NCBI RefSeq assembly: GCF_000143415.4
Contig: NW_003314334.1
Coordinates: 186,001 to 250,000, forward strand
Length of the DNA stretch: 64,000 bases
Direction: 5' to 3'
Source of the DNA: Selaginella moellendorffii
Lineage: Eukaryota; Plantae; Lycopodiophyta
The notes beneath the pieces are model-generated. The model was given only the letters and a program-made list of their open reading frames with translations, had not been told where the DNA came from and ran no database searches. The translations under genes were made by a program, and so were the position numbers. This document shows positions 63,335-64,000 of the stretch, in pieces. Position 1 is the stretch's first letter, and every line of letters starts with the position of its first letter.

Positions 63335-64000
63335 TTTGGTATCAGAGGAAGAGTCTCAGCGAGTACTATTCAATGAGATTGGGCAACTAGTCTCGTTGCA
63401 TACGTAAAGATGAAAACGATGATCCGAGTGGGTACACGTTTTGGTGCAAAGACTTCGCAATGGTTCCTTGGGTATGGATATTGTTACCTTATTGTACCTT
63501 ATGATGTGAGCTTGCGCTTGGGCTCATAGGATGGATTTGAGTTGTTCCGGTAGCATGAGTTTAAGCTTGAGCTCGTGAGTGAGGCACATTAGCAACTCGA
63601 GGTTACACTTTGAGTTGGCAGGATTAATATTTGCCTATCGATGGTTCCATGAGTTGTTCCATGTACCGTGGGTGAAAGTAAACTTTCCCTGAGTTTGCTA
63701 TGAGTGGCAAATAGGCTGGTCCGTAGCTGTTTAGCACGACACTAGTGGATCCTTCCTAGGCATGTTTACAAGTGGATCAATCAAGACTATAGGGATTAGT
63801 CTATTGGTTCAAGTAGTCATGGCCGTGCTTTCTCATAAACTTTTCTTGGATTGAACTGAAGGCAGTGCGAAAGCAAGCTTGAGGTTTAGTCAAGATGAGG
63901 CCGGAAAGAGAGTCGTCAGGGACGAAGGATCAAATACGTAAATCATTTTCTCTTCTTGGAGAGATGATTTGCAACGAGGTGTTAACTCATTGCTTGTGTT
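63335..64000 (+). mobile_element. Start of a second internal region (tandem unit 2), truncated by the window edge
   Basis: PBS plus sequence essentially identical to 57212-57877 (one visible substitution). Confidence 0.95.

Overview
This is gene-dense, intron-containing land-plant genomic DNA. The 45-70 nt introns, very short intergenic spacers, PLS-class PPR genes with S-motif arrays and a CCC2-type transporter point to the lycophyte Selaginella (inference). Bases 1-47.8 kb hold, in order: the 5' end of a SUMO-like RENi/Rad60-family gene, a PPR-E gene, a class III peroxidase, an uncharacterised plant protein, a GH28 polygalacturonase, a Sen1/Upf1-like SF1 helicase, histone H2B, an LHW-family bHLH, a PL4 rhamnogalacturonan lyase, a second PPR-E gene with a deletion-riddled pseudocopy, a cation-chloride cotransporter, a RAD16-like SNF2/RING helicase, a ~2.4-kb tandem duplication (orphan single-pass membrane protein plus frameshifted divergent GGPPS-like gene) and a full-size ABCB transporter. 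Bases 47.9-64 kb are nested Ty3/Gypsy retroelements: an old remnant, a decayed full-length element, and a young non-coding LARD-like element in an LTR-internal-LTR-internal tandem. The most unusual signals are: (1) a PPR stop codon only 10 nt before the ATG of the SUMO-like gene, plus a second PPR ATG 54 nt from a divergent ATG; (2) an apparently AUG-less, main-ORF-overlapping version of the LHW conserved-peptide uORF; (3) GGPPS-like genes that keep the DDxxD motifs but have lost IPP-binding residues; (4) a (GGGC)7 G-quadruplex in the leader of the Sen1-like helicase; and (5) the tandem non-coding retroelement with retained cis hairpins. Exon boundaries were read by eye and family names come from motif recognition, not database searches.
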